Positions 9,437-18,091 are shown, counted from the stretch's first letter. The stretch is 64,000 nt of DNA from an uncultured Candidatus Saccharibacteria bacterium (GCA_964495685.1 CAZBVQ010000003.1:4824-68823), one strand, 5' to 3'. The notes: a model not told the origin generated them from the letters alone. A program made the numbers and translations.

Positions 9437-10053
9437 TGAAAAAACTCCTCTCATTACTAATAATCACAAGTGTCCTAGTAATAGGGGTGTTTGGTTTTAC
9501 CTCGATGAATCATGGGACCAATCACACTACCGGTTGTATTGCCTCAGCCGTAGACAATACGCCATGTCCGGAAAACATCGCAGCAATGTCGGTCCACCAT
9601 ATACAGGCATTCGTTTCATTCTTCAGCGTGATCCCGTCAATTCCGTTTATCTTTCTGCTCGCATTTCTTTTGGCAGTATTTCTCAGCATAGGATTCGTTT
9701 ATATAAAACGACAGGATTCGCTCTTAGCTAATCTTGCATTTTGGCGAATTCAGCACGATCCTGAACGTGCCCTCACTCGCCCAAGTGAAATTACTCGCTG
9801 GCTTTCTCTATTTGAAAACAGTCCTTCGATGCATAGAATTTTCATTATCAATTCTAATCTCATAAATCTATGCAAACAAAAAAGTCTAAGGAAAATAAAA
9901 AACATAAAACTATCGATCCAGAAGTGGCATTCGATCTTGTCTGCGGAATGGAGCTTGATGCAGACGGCATTAAGGCAACTGCAGACTACAAAGGTAAGAC
10001 CTATTACTTTTGTGCTATCCACTGCAAGAATCACTTTACAGCCGATCCTGTGA
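9436..10053 (+). CDS. membrane protein with His/Cys motifs; 3' end probably extended by a lost stop
   Basis: signal/TM segments and HTTGC...CP; tail overlaps the YHS gene by 184 nt. Confidence 0.5.
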   Translation: MKKLLSLLIITSVLVIGVFGFTSMNHGTNHTTGCIASAVDNTPCPENIAAMSVHHIQAFVSFFSVIPSIPFIFLLAFLLAVFLSIGFVYIKRQDSLLANLAFWRIQHDPERALTRPSEITRWLSLFENSPSMHRIFIINSNLINLCKQKSLRKIKNIKLSIQKWHSILSAEWSLMQTALRQLQTTKVRPITFVLSTARITLQPIL

Positions 10054-10070
10054 AGTATGCCGGAGAGTAA
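9870..10070 (+). CDS. YHS-domain metal-binding protein
   Basis: DLVCGME...YKGKTYYFCAIHCKNHF..DP. Confidence 0.88.
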   Translation: MQTKKSKENKKHKTIDPEVAFDLVCGMELDADGIKATADYKGKTYYFCAIHCKNHFTADPVKYAGE

Positions 10071-10092
10071 CTTATTAATCTAACTACAAAAT

Positions 10093-10734
10093 ATGAACAA
10101 CCAAAACAACAAAATATTATATGGAATCGGCGGAATTGTTATCGGAATTCTCCTTGTCTCAGTGCTCACTCCAATGTTTCGATATGGTGGATACGGAATG
10201 ATGAACTGGAGAAGTAACTCCGTATCGGACCAGAGAGTGAGTGGAAACACTCAGGTGGCCGGTACAATCGACAAGCACTTCATCGAGCAGATGATCCCTC
10301 ACCATGATGGAGCTATCGCTATGGCAAATCTTGCACTCCAGAAAGCTAAGCGTCCGGAGATTAAAACCTTGGCTACGGCTATCATTGCAGCTCAGACAAC
10401 GGAGATTCAAAGTATGAACGGCTGGTATCAGGACTGGTTCGGAAGTACTGTTCCGAAGGTAAGTACCGGAATGATGGGTGGAGGCATGATGTCACAGAGC
10501 GGAATGCACATGGGCGGACAGGAAGATATGACTGCACTAGAAAATGCATCTGATTTTGACGAGGCATTTATCGAAGAGATGATTCCTCATCATCAGTTGG
10601 CGATCATGATGGCAAATATGCTTCAGTCAGGGACCAACCGACCTGAGATGCAGCAGCTCGCAAAGAACATCATCTCATCTCAATCAAAAGAAATTCAGCA
10701 AATGCAGGCTTGGTATACCCAGTGGTACAAATAA
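10093..10734 (+). CDS. DUF305 (CopM-like) copper-binding protein
   Basis: two FIE.MIPHH..AI.MA repeats, Met-rich linker, N-terminal TM. Confidence 0.9.
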   Translation: MNNQNNKILYGIGGIVIGILLVSVLTPMFRYGGYGMMNWRSNSVSDQRVSGNTQVAGTIDKHFIEQMIPHHDGAIAMANLALQKAKRPEIKTLATAIIAAQTTEIQSMNGWYQDWFGSTVPKVSTGMMGGGMMSQSGMHMGGQEDMTALENASDFDEAFIEEMIPHHQLAIMMANMLQSGTNRPEMQQLAKNIISSQSKEIQQMQAWYTQWYK

Positions 10735-10766
10735 ACTTATTAAAAAATAATTAAACATAAAAATAT

Positions 10767-10988
10767 ATGAAACTATCAAAAGTAATGCATGTAGGAAGTG
10801 TTATCACAGGTTTTGTTGGAGTAATAGTATTTATAGGAACACTCATCGGCGGTGGCGACAATCTAGTGTTTGGAATTACAAAAATGGATGCATTAGCGTG
10901 TTCTGCGATTCTTATCCTTATCGCCACATGGCTTCAGATCGCAACCATCCATCACATGATGCTTGAGAAAAAGGGAGAGATTGTGTAA
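10767..10988 (+). CDS. small 2-TM membrane protein
   Basis: 73 aa hydrophobic ORF within the copper operon. Confidence 0.65.
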   Translation: MKLSKVMHVGSVITGFVGVIVFIGTLIGGGDNLVFGITKMDALACSAILILIATWLQIATIHHMMLEKKGEIV

Positions 10989-11009
10989 TCAAGAGAAATA
11001 TTATCAATC

Positions 11010-12029
11010 ATGAAAACACTAACCTTCCACGTACATGGCATGCACTGCAACGCTTGTGTGCTCATGACAGAAAGCGAGCTTGGAGACTTGCCTAATATCA
11101 CTCACGTTAAATCGAGCCTTAAGAATCATTCAGTAGAAGTTACCGGAGACTTTGGAGATAAGACACAGGAACAAATTGCTGAAGAACTTACTGTTCCACT
11201 GAAGCCTCATGGCTACACAGTCTCAGTAGAAAAACAACAGCACAATGCTAAATGGGGAGACTTCAAGATTGCAGTACCTATAGCACTCGGCTTTGCGGTG
11301 CTCTTTGTGGTGCTACAGAAAATGGGAATAGTAAATCTGGTCAGTGCTGGCAATGTAACCTACGGCACAGCATTTGTGATCGGCATCATTGCGTCACTTT
11401 CAACCTGCATGGCGGTCGTCGGCGGGCTGGTCCTCTCGATGTCTGCAACGTTTGCCAAAGAAGGTGACAAGATAAAACCTCAACTCATGTTCCATGGGGG
11501 CCGTATAGCCTCATTCTTTATTCTTGGTGGAGTGATAGGTGCAATAGGATCGGCGTTTACGCTCAACACCTCGGCAACATTTATCCTGAGCCTGATTATT
11601 GGCATCGTCATGCTCATTCTCGGTATTAATCTTCTCGATACATTCCACTGGGCCAAGAAACTTCAGCCGTCCATGCCGAAGTTCATTGCCAAGCATGCGC
11701 ATGGCGTTTCTAAATTCAATCACACGCTCACTCCACTCCTTGTAGGTGTCGCAACATTCTTCTTGCCGTGCGGATTCACTCAATCAATGCAGTTATATAC
11801 ACTTAGCACAGGAAGCTTTATCACCGGAGGTCTCACCATGCTGGCTTTCGCACTGGGTACACTGCCGGTCCTTGCACTCATTAGCTTCAGCTCGTTCAGT
11901 ATTCAAAAAAGTTCAAAGGCGGGAGTCTTCTTCAAGACAGCAGGATTGATCGTCATCATGTTTGCGCTCTTCAACCTCATTAATAGCTTGGTCGTGATTG
12001 GGGTTATACCACCAGTCTTTAATTTCTAG
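11010..12029 (+). CDS. HMA domain fused to DsbD_2 / TauE-like membrane domain
   Basis: GMHCNAC; STCMAVVGG and FLPCGFTQ motifs; multiple TM segments. Confidence 0.88.
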   Translation: MKTLTFHVHGMHCNACVLMTESELGDLPNITHVKSSLKNHSVEVTGDFGDKTQEQIAEELTVPLKPHGYTVSVEKQQHNAKWGDFKIAVPIALGFAVLFVVLQKMGIVNLVSAGNVTYGTAFVIGIIASLSTCMAVVGGLVLSMSATFAKEGDKIKPQLMFHGGRIASFFILGGVIGAIGSAFTLNTSATFILSLIIGIVMLILGINLLDTFHWAKKLQPSMPKFIAKHAHGVSKFNHTLTPLLVGVATFFLPCGFTQSMQLYTLSTGSFITGGLTMLAFALGTLPVLALISFSSFSIQKSSKAGVFFKTAGLIVIMFALFNLINSLVVIGVIPPVFNF

Positions 12030-12042
12030 TATAATTCCAATT

Positions 12043-12432
12043 ATGAAAGCAACTATTATTTCAGTCATTGTGGCAGTGGTCCTCATCGGGGGAGCTTTTA
12101 TGCTTACCAGAAGTGGTGGTGATACTGCACAAGTAGCAAATGCAAACAACGTTACTGTTGTAGACGGAAAACAAATCATAGAGATAAGTGCCAAAGGCGG
12201 TTATCAGCCACGAAAGAGTATTGCTAAGGCAGGTATCCCAACTGTCATCCGGTTCAACACAAAAGGAACCTTTGATTGCTCATCATCGGTCCGCATTCCA
12301 AGTATAGGTATAAGCAAATCGCTTCCACAGACAGGATCAACAGATATTGATATTGGAACTCAGAAAGTAGCAACCCTTCAGGGAACTTGCGGAATGGGAA
12401 TGTATCCTTTTGAGGTAGAGTTTCAGAGCTAG
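12043..12432 (+). CDS. cupredoxin-domain protein (CupA-like)
   Basis: N-terminal TM, GGYQP, C...TCGMGMY; ATG 12043 follows TATAAT. Confidence 0.88.
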   Translation: MKATIISVIVAVVLIGGAFMLTRSGGDTAQVANANNVTVVDGKQIIEISAKGGYQPRKSIAKAGIPTVIRFNTKGTFDCSSSVRIPSIGISKSLPQTGSTDIDIGTQKVATLQGTCGMGMYPFEVEFQS

Positions 12433-12439
12433 TTTTTGA

Positions 12440-13342
12440 TTAAGAAGACTTAGGATGAAACGAGTGTAAATTCTCAATGTGCTGAGAGGGTGTGATATCT
12501 GCGGTTTGGCAAACATATGAAAGCTTCCCAAGTATCAAATGAAGATTTTCTTCTGACAGTTTTGCGTCGGTATGTTTTTGAATGCATCCCACAATTTCTT
12601 CTGAGTGGACAACATTCTCAATTGACTCTGTCTTGAATTCACATGAGTCAGTAAATACAACTATGCTTCGGAAAGCATTCTCTGGAATAGACGGCATAAG
12701 TAACTTGAGAGACATAATATGGGACCAGTTTTGTCGTATAGGATTCTGAAATTGGAATTTGTTCTTTCCGCCAGGCAATGACTGAGTCCAATTATCTTGG
12801 TCCTTGTTGCCAAATATCCATCCTTTGTAATCCTTACTCTCGATTACGAAGATACCGAACTTTGATACAACCAAGTGGTCAATCTGAGACGATCCGTTGT
12901 GGTCCGAAGGGATGGTTAGGTTATTGAAGATAAAATAGTCTTTATAGCTCAAACCCTCAGCGAGGATATGTGCAATTTCTTGTTCTCCGTCAGTGAGTCC
13001 ATCCATATAGCATTTGCAACCATGCTTCTCACTGTTCACAGCTGCAACTTGGTCCTTACTTGCACCAGCTGGGATGTATAGATTATTAGAGATCGGACTT
13101 TTAGACCGGTTTTTAATTTTCCTGATTACCCAAACAATACCGCCAAGTATCAGACCCCAGACAAGTATCTTTCCTAGTATTCCTATAAAATTGCCAGATG
13201 TGATTGATGATATGGACCCGAGAAGAATAAATGCAGCTCCGATAATAAAGATCCCTTTTAATGGTTCGAAGGGTTGGCTGTAATTCCCGTAACGTCGTCG
13301 TCGGTAATAATATGGTTTTCGATAATTGCGGTAGTAGCTCAT
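12440..13342 (-). CDS. membrane-anchored NERD nuclease-related protein
   Basis: GEQEI...QIDHLVVSKFGIFVIESKDYKG...QNPIRQN; two N-terminal TMs. Confidence 0.9.
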   Translation of the reverse strand: MSYYRNYRKPYYYRRRRYGNYSQPFEPLKGIFIIGAAFILLGSISSITSGNFIGILGKILVWGLILGGIVWVIRKIKNRSKSPISNNLYIPAGASKDQVAAVNSEKHGCKCYMDGLTDGEQEIAHILAEGLSYKDYFIFNNLTIPSDHNGSSQIDHLVVSKFGIFVIESKDYKGWIFGNKDQDNWTQSLPGGKNKFQFQNPIRQNWSHIMSLKLLMPSIPENAFRSIVVFTDSCEFKTESIENVVHSEEIVGCIQKHTDAKLSEENLHLILGKLSYVCQTADITPSQHIENLHSFHPKSS

Positions 13343-13433
13343 TGATTATTCTTGTTAAGACAATTATAACCGAAATCAGACAAATAGACTTAAATCAGAA
13401 ACCTTTATATAAAAGCAAAAATATGGTAAAACA

Positions 13434-13799
13434 ATGGAAAATATCATGACTCTAATAAAACAATTAATATTACAAACAATTGAACAAAATGATGGTCATT
13501 GTGACTGGAAAATAATTAAACCGAAAGTTGGTGCATATCACTTCGCACATAAGATCTCAATTCCAACGGATAAACAGATAACACATCAAGCTTATTTACT
13601 TGAGCAGGCTGGAGCTGTAGAGCGGATTGTAGAAATGCCAGTAGGTATTTTCTACAGAATTACTCCATGGGGCCACGCACTACTTGGGCCGTTACATAAA
13701 AGGATTGGTTATTTTCTCCTCTATAAAAAGAACAACCTCTTTGCTCTTAGTGCCTTAGTTATATCAATCATCTCTTTAATTTTTTCAATACTTAAATGA
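13434..13799 (+). CDS. hypothetical winged-helix-like protein with C-terminal TM
   Basis: 'LLEQAGAVER...YRITPWG' and a hydrophobic tail. Confidence 0.55.
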   Translation: MENIMTLIKQLILQTIEQNDGHCDWKIIKPKVGAYHFAHKISIPTDKQITHQAYLLEQAGAVERIVEMPVGIFYRITPWGHALLGPLHKRIGYFLLYKKNNLFALSALVISIISLIFSILK

Positions 13800-14986
13800 G
13801 GAGAGTAATTATCATACATCGCTGGGAGGGAGGATCACATGACGACTGGCGTCCATGGCTTAAATCTGAACTTGAAAAGATTGGGTATGAAGTACTTGTA
13901 CCTGATATGCCGGATACCAATACACCGGTGATTGAAAAATGGGTTTCAAAAATAAAAGAGGTTGTTGGTGAACCAGACGGAGACACTTATTTCATAGGGC
14001 ATTCAATTGGCTGCCAAGCCATTCTTAGATATTTGCAAACTGTAGATACTCCAGTAGGCGGAGCGGTGTTTGTGGCAGGTTGGTTTAATCTCAGTAACTT
14101 GGAATCTGATGAAGTAAAAGAAATTGCTAAGCCATGGATAGAAATGCCGATGGATATTGATAAGTTAAGGACTATCCTACACCGATCTACATTACTCATT
14201 TCTGACAATGATCCTTATGGTTACTTCGAGGAAAATAAGCAGAAGTTTGGAATGTTAAAGTCCGAAATGAAAATTATCCACAATGGAGGACACCTTACGG
14301 CAGAAGATGGGTATTCTGAATTTCCGCAGATTATCTCTGAACTGAAAAGCATTGTAATAAAGCAATATTTCCAAATCACAACTGACAGAATGTTTACAGC
14401 TCTGGAATCCTTTCATCTATGGAAAAAGATGAATATGCTAATGAATGTAAATGAAGTTGGTCCAGAAGTTGCACAGAAGAATGTCGATATTTTTAGGAAG
14501 CACTGGGATTTTTTCCATCCGGTCATGGCTGGGGCTTATAAAATGTTTATTATTGATCTTTCAATCTTTTTCGATGCTGAAAAATATGAAGACACGTTTT
14601 CGCTGCATAAGCTTGTTGAGTCTATAAAGGAAAATATCAGTGAATCCGAGTATAAGGACCTGCTTCAAAAAATAAAAGATATAAAGAAAAAACATGGACC
14701 AGCAATTAACCTCCTTCTTACCTTAAGAAATAGTGATGTTGCTCATCAGAAGATGGAGAAGAAAAAGCGCCTTATCATCTATAAAGAGATTGAGGATTTA
14801 TTTATTGGTGTTCAAGAAATCCTCAATCTTTTGAGCAAATACTTTAATGGAGCCTATACCATGTGGGATCATGTAGGTAAAAATGTCGAGCATGGGACCG
14901 AGTGGGTAATGGAAAATTTGGAAAGGGGAGAAAAGGATAGATTAAAAGAGATCGAGGAAAAGTATAAAGTTGATCTGGGTGCTTAA
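13796..14986 (+). CDS. RBBP9/YdeN alpha/beta hydrolase fused to HEPN (AbiU2-like) domain
   Basis: N-terminal GHSIG, SDND and GGH triad motifs; C-terminal helical domain with RNSDVAH. Confidence 0.75.
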   Translation: MRRVIIIHRWEGGSHDDWRPWLKSELEKIGYEVLVPDMPDTNTPVIEKWVSKIKEVVGEPDGDTYFIGHSIGCQAILRYLQTVDTPVGGAVFVAGWFNLSNLESDEVKEIAKPWIEMPMDIDKLRTILHRSTLLISDNDPYGYFEENKQKFGMLKSEMKIIHNGGHLTAEDGYSEFPQIISELKSIVIKQYFQITTDRMFTALESFHLWKKMNMLMNVNEVGPEVAQKNVDIFRKHWDFFHPVMAGAYKMFIIDLSIFFDAEKYEDTFSLHKLVESIKENISESEYKDLLQKIKDIKKKHGPAINLLLTLRNSDVAHQKMEKKKRLIIYKEIEDLFIGVQEILNLLSKYFNGAYTMWDHVGKNVEHGTEWVMENLERGEKDRLKEIEEKYKVDLGA

Positions 14987-15010
14987 GCGAAACCAATAGA
15001 TAAGCGTTCT

Positions 15011-15100
15011 TTTTCGACCTTTTTTGCCCTATTTCACCCTATTTGCCCTAACGCTAGGCCAGATTAGGCCGAAAAGAGCCGAAAAGAGCCAAAATTACCC
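15011..15100. repeat. 10-bp periodic short repeat arrays
   Basis: TTTTTGCCCT ATTTCACCCT ATTTGCCCTA and GAAAAGAGCC GAAAAGAGCC. Confidence 0.6.
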
Positions 15101-15195
15101 AAGAACTGCTATACTTTGCATGTCAGGAATGTAGATCGTCGCATCATTCCTTTTCTCAAATATAGTTCTAACTTCCTCTACGACGGCACCCCACG
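15095..15195 (-). repeat. att-like site 1 encoding detached recombinase C-terminal tail A
   Basis: core at 15187-15193; minus-strand frame reads WGAVVEEVRTIFEKRNDATIYIPDMQSIAVLG*. Confidence 0.8.
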
Positions 15196-15253
15196 CTTAG
15201 AATAGGGCTTCATTAGGAGGCGGTGGTATTTTCTATTGTGTTATAATTTCATT

Positions 15254-15799
15254 ATGAAAAATTTTTCCACACTTATTTTCCTTTTGACTCTTATAATGTT
15301 GGGTATTTTTGGTTACTTGAAAATATTTAACGAAGCGGGAAACTCATTTAACTATTGGTACATACTAATCTTTGCGGTTGCGTATTTTGTTATTTGGGCA
15401 TGTGTACCTTTGGCTGAAGGGTTGCAAAGGAGGGGACGAATTAGAATGTTCGAAGACATTTCCCACAAATATGGTCTGAAACATGAATTCACTAAACTCC
15501 GATACCTCAATTCTTATGGCGAATTCAACAAACTCTCTGGTACATATAAAAATCATTCCGTTCTTATCAGGGATGTACATGATAAGCCGAAGGCGTGGCA
15601 TGGGGCGACAAGTCAAATACCCATAAAGGGAGTCGCGCTATCTTTTGGTCCACAGAAGACCCTGTACGCAATAGACGGTGAAGAAAAGCGTTTTCCACAG
15701 GAGCTTAATAATCTCAAACAGATATTTGATCCAAAATCAGGATATGCCAGCAAAGAACAGATAGTTACTGCACTTGAAGGATCAGCTTTTTTGTCCTAA
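15254..15799 (+). CDS. 2-TM membrane protein, cassette between the two att-like sites
   Basis: TATAAT 6 nt before ATG 15254; stop overlaps the stop of tail B. Confidence 0.75.
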   Translation: MKNFSTLIFLLTLIMLGIFGYLKIFNEAGNSFNYWYILIFAVAYFVIWACVPLAEGLQRRGRIRMFEDISHKYGLKHEFTKLRYLNSYGEFNKLSGTYKNHSVLIRDVHDKPKAWHGATSQIPIKGVALSFGPQKTLYAIDGEEKRFPQELNNLKQIFDPKSGYASKEQIVTALEGSAFLS

Positions 15800-15890
15800 A
15801 ACTGCCTACTTTGCATATTAGGAATGTAAATCGTCGCGTCATTCCTTCTCTCGAAAATAGTTCTAACATCCTCTACGGCGGCACCCCACG
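15796..15890 (-). repeat. att-like site 2 encoding detached recombinase C-terminal tail B
   Basis: core at 15882-15888; minus-strand frame reads WGAAVEDVRTIFERRNDATIYIPNMQSRQF*. Confidence 0.8.
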
Positions 15891-15914
15891 TGAGAGAATT
15901 AGTTCAAAAAAATC

Positions 15915-16052
15915 ATGGCTTGGCCCTATTTCATTGACCCTCAGAAAACAAAGATGGATCTAAAAAATTCATCCAAATTTTTCAGGTATTTTCTAGTGCC
16001 TCTTTTAGTAATAATACTGGCGACCACGGTAATAAGAATGATGACTATGTAG
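15915..16052 (+). CDS. possible 45-aa membrane peptide
   Basis: MAWPYFIDP...FFRYFLVPLLVIILATTVIRMMTM*; below the ORF-track cutoff. Confidence 0.3.
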   Translation: MAWPYFIDPQKTKMDLKNSSKFFRYFLVPLLVIILATTVIRMMTM

Positions 16053-16161
16053 ACGGGGTAGGGGAATCAGGTTGTCGCACCCATTGACACACACCATCTT
16101 TCAGTGTATATTATAACCTGAACAATTTCAGGAAAACTCCACAAAACAAAGGAACCTTCCA

Positions 16162-16788
16162 TTGAAAACAACTGTTAGTACTCTGACCCCATTCAACTTC
16201 GGACTCGTCATTGCTGGCCTCATCATCATGATGGTCGGCTTGCACCGCATCAGTCCGTTCAAGCTCGACAAAGCATTCTGGATCCAGAATGGTCCGCTCG
16301 TGGTCATCTTGGCCATTGCGTTCTATTTCTTCCGGCTCGCCAACATGGCCAATGGTTTTACCAACTGGGCTGGTGCAGCAGTGGGACTTTCGTCTCGATT
16401 TGTGCCGCTCATGGTCCTCCTCATCTTGGTGATGAGCATCGGCTCGATTGTCATGAAGGTGTATGACAAGCAAGTCGAACGGCTTCTCATCGAAAGCCCG
16501 ACGGCCGTACCACTGGTTGGCACCTTCATCATGCCCACACCGAGTGCGGGTGCACCCATTGTCGAAAGATTGTGGGGCAACAAGGAATTGAGGCCGATGT
16601 TTCTCTACTTCCTCCAAGCAGCATCGTTGGCGAGCATCCCGCTCTTCATGATGCGGCGGATGGGGATTCACAGTAGTGAAATCACGTCGAAAATGTACAT
16701 CACCGGTTTCATTATGGCCGTGGTGACATTCCCGCTTCGTGTCCCACTCTGTCGACTGACGGAGTTTATCTACAACAAGTTCCTTTAG
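16162..16788 (+). CDS. hypothetical multi-TM protein
   Basis: 208 aa hydrophobic ORF with its own promoter-like and terminator-like flanks. Confidence 0.6.
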   Translation: MKTTVSTLTPFNFGLVIAGLIIMMVGLHRISPFKLDKAFWIQNGPLVVILAIAFYFFRLANMANGFTNWAGAAVGLSSRFVPLMVLLILVMSIGSIVMKVYDKQVERLLIESPTAVPLVGTFIMPTPSAGAPIVERLWGNKELRPMFLYFLQAASLASIPLFMMRRMGIHSSEITSKMYITGFIMAVVTFPLRVPLCRLTEFIYNKFL

Positions 16789-16836
16789 TGTCCTCGTTGG
16801 ACTCAGGCCCGTGCGCTCACCAGTGCGCGGGTTTTT

Positions 16837-17421
16837 TTATTTCTTGAATACGTCACAGGCTTCTTGGTATACATGAGCGAGTCGTGTAGTGATAGGGCAA
16901 TCAAGCAGTGTGCGTACCGTCTGGAGCACCTCCCCATAGAACCACATCTTCTTGTCCATCGATGCGCTAAATGATCCCGAGAACGCGTCTCCATGTAATC
17001 GTTTGAGCTGAATCAGCGATTGAAGGTTGTGAATACTATCAGCTGCGCAAACAATAAGCGCCTTCCGAGGCGCCTTCCGAAGTTTGTCGAGATATCCTCG
17101 TTTGCGCCATTCCCAATTTTGCTTGAGTTGTTCGAGACTGTCAGTAGCCGTTTTGTTCTCGGTGAGAGAGACGACAATCTCCGTAATACGTTCACCGAAA
17201 TCTTTTCGCATTATTTCTTCGGGGTATCCGTCAGCGTCCTCGATAACATCGTGGAGCAATGCCGCACAGAATGTCTCCTCGTCGGGCTCGTGCTGTGCAG
17301 TGATAAGTGCTACAGAGTAGGGGTGGACAATATACGGTAGGTCGAGCCCTATCCGCTGATGAGATGCGTGGCACCGTGCGGCCACGTCGATCGCGCGTTG
17401 TGTCTGTTGTGTGAAAATCAT
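16837..17421 (-). CDS. HD-domain small alarmone hydrolase-like protein (RelA/SpoT HD, Mesh1-like)
   Basis: H.R...PYIVHP, AALLHDVIED, ADSIHNL; start moved to ATG 17421. Confidence 0.85.
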   Translation of the reverse strand: MIFTQQTQRAIDVAARCHASHQRIGLDLPYIVHPYSVALITAQHEPDEETFCAALLHDVIEDADGYPEEIMRKDFGERITEIVVSLTENKTATDSLEQLKQNWEWRKRGYLDKLRKAPRKALIVCAADSIHNLQSLIQLKRLHGDAFSGSFSASMDKKMWFYGEVLQTVRTLLDCPITTRLAHVYQEACDVFKK

Positions 17422-17506
17422 AGAAGAAAAAGTATATCGCATCTCAGAGGGATCGTCTTGTGTGGATAATGTAATACACCACAAAGACGTATACTTAGGT
17501 ATGTAT

Positions 17507-18082
17507 ATGACAAAAACTTCATCGGCTCGAATTCGTCGACGTGCGCGATATGATCTCGTCAAAGACATCGTCTTCATACTTATTGGCGCTGCAATTGCCT
17601 TCATGCTCGCGCGTACAGGAGGGCTCGACATTATTATCTCGTGGTTCGATAATTCAGCAGTGGCGAGCTTCGTAGCGGGCATTTTCTTCACTTCAGCATT
17701 TACTATCGCACCTTCGGCCGTGGCATTGAGTCATATCATCGGACACGCATCGCCTCATACGGTAGCGCTCTGGGGAGGCCTAGGCGCGCTCTGTGGCGAT
17801 CTGGCACTCTTCTTTTTTATCAAGGACCGCTTCGCCGAGGATCTGCGCACGTCATTACGCCCCTCTCTAGTCAAACATGTACTTTCTTCGTTCCATTTGG
17901 GATTCATGAAATGGCTCTCACCATTCTTGGGGGCACTCATTATTGCCTCACCATTACCTGATGAGCTCGGTCTCACACTCATGGGTCTTTCGCGCGTTCG
18001 TCTGGCCATACTTATACCTGTCTCATATGTCATGAATGCAGTCGGTATCTACGCACTTGTCTGGTTTGCCAATACCATGTAG
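17507..18082 (+). CDS. multi-TM membrane protein
   Basis: FFTSAFT and IIASPLPDELG motifs; start moved to ATG 17507. Confidence 0.75.
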   Translation: MTKTSSARIRRRARYDLVKDIVFILIGAAIAFMLARTGGLDIIISWFDNSAVASFVAGIFFTSAFTIAPSAVALSHIIGHASPHTVALWGGLGALCGDLALFFFIKDRFAEDLRTSLRPSLVKHVLSSFHLGFMKWLSPFLGALIIASPLPDELGLTLMGLSRVRLAILIPVSYVMNAVGIYALVWFANTM

Positions 18083-18091
18083 AACTAGTAC

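Larger units (their letters stand above)
2971..15888. mobile_element. integrative element at the tRNA-His 3' end (serine recombinase, copper and defence-like cargo)
   Basis: recombinase abuts the tRNA; core CACCCCA at 2971-2977 recurs at 15187-15193 and 15882-15888; visibly AT-richer than the flanks. Confidence 0.85.

Noticed and set aside
2971-15888. Prophage or conjugative ICE
   Set aside because: No terminase, capsid, tail, relaxase or type IV secretion genes were recognised.
17422-17691. N-terminal extensions in the ORF track (HD protein; also 27128-27532 and 32401-32562)
   Set aside because: They overlap divergent genes or promoters; downstream ATGs match the domain starts.
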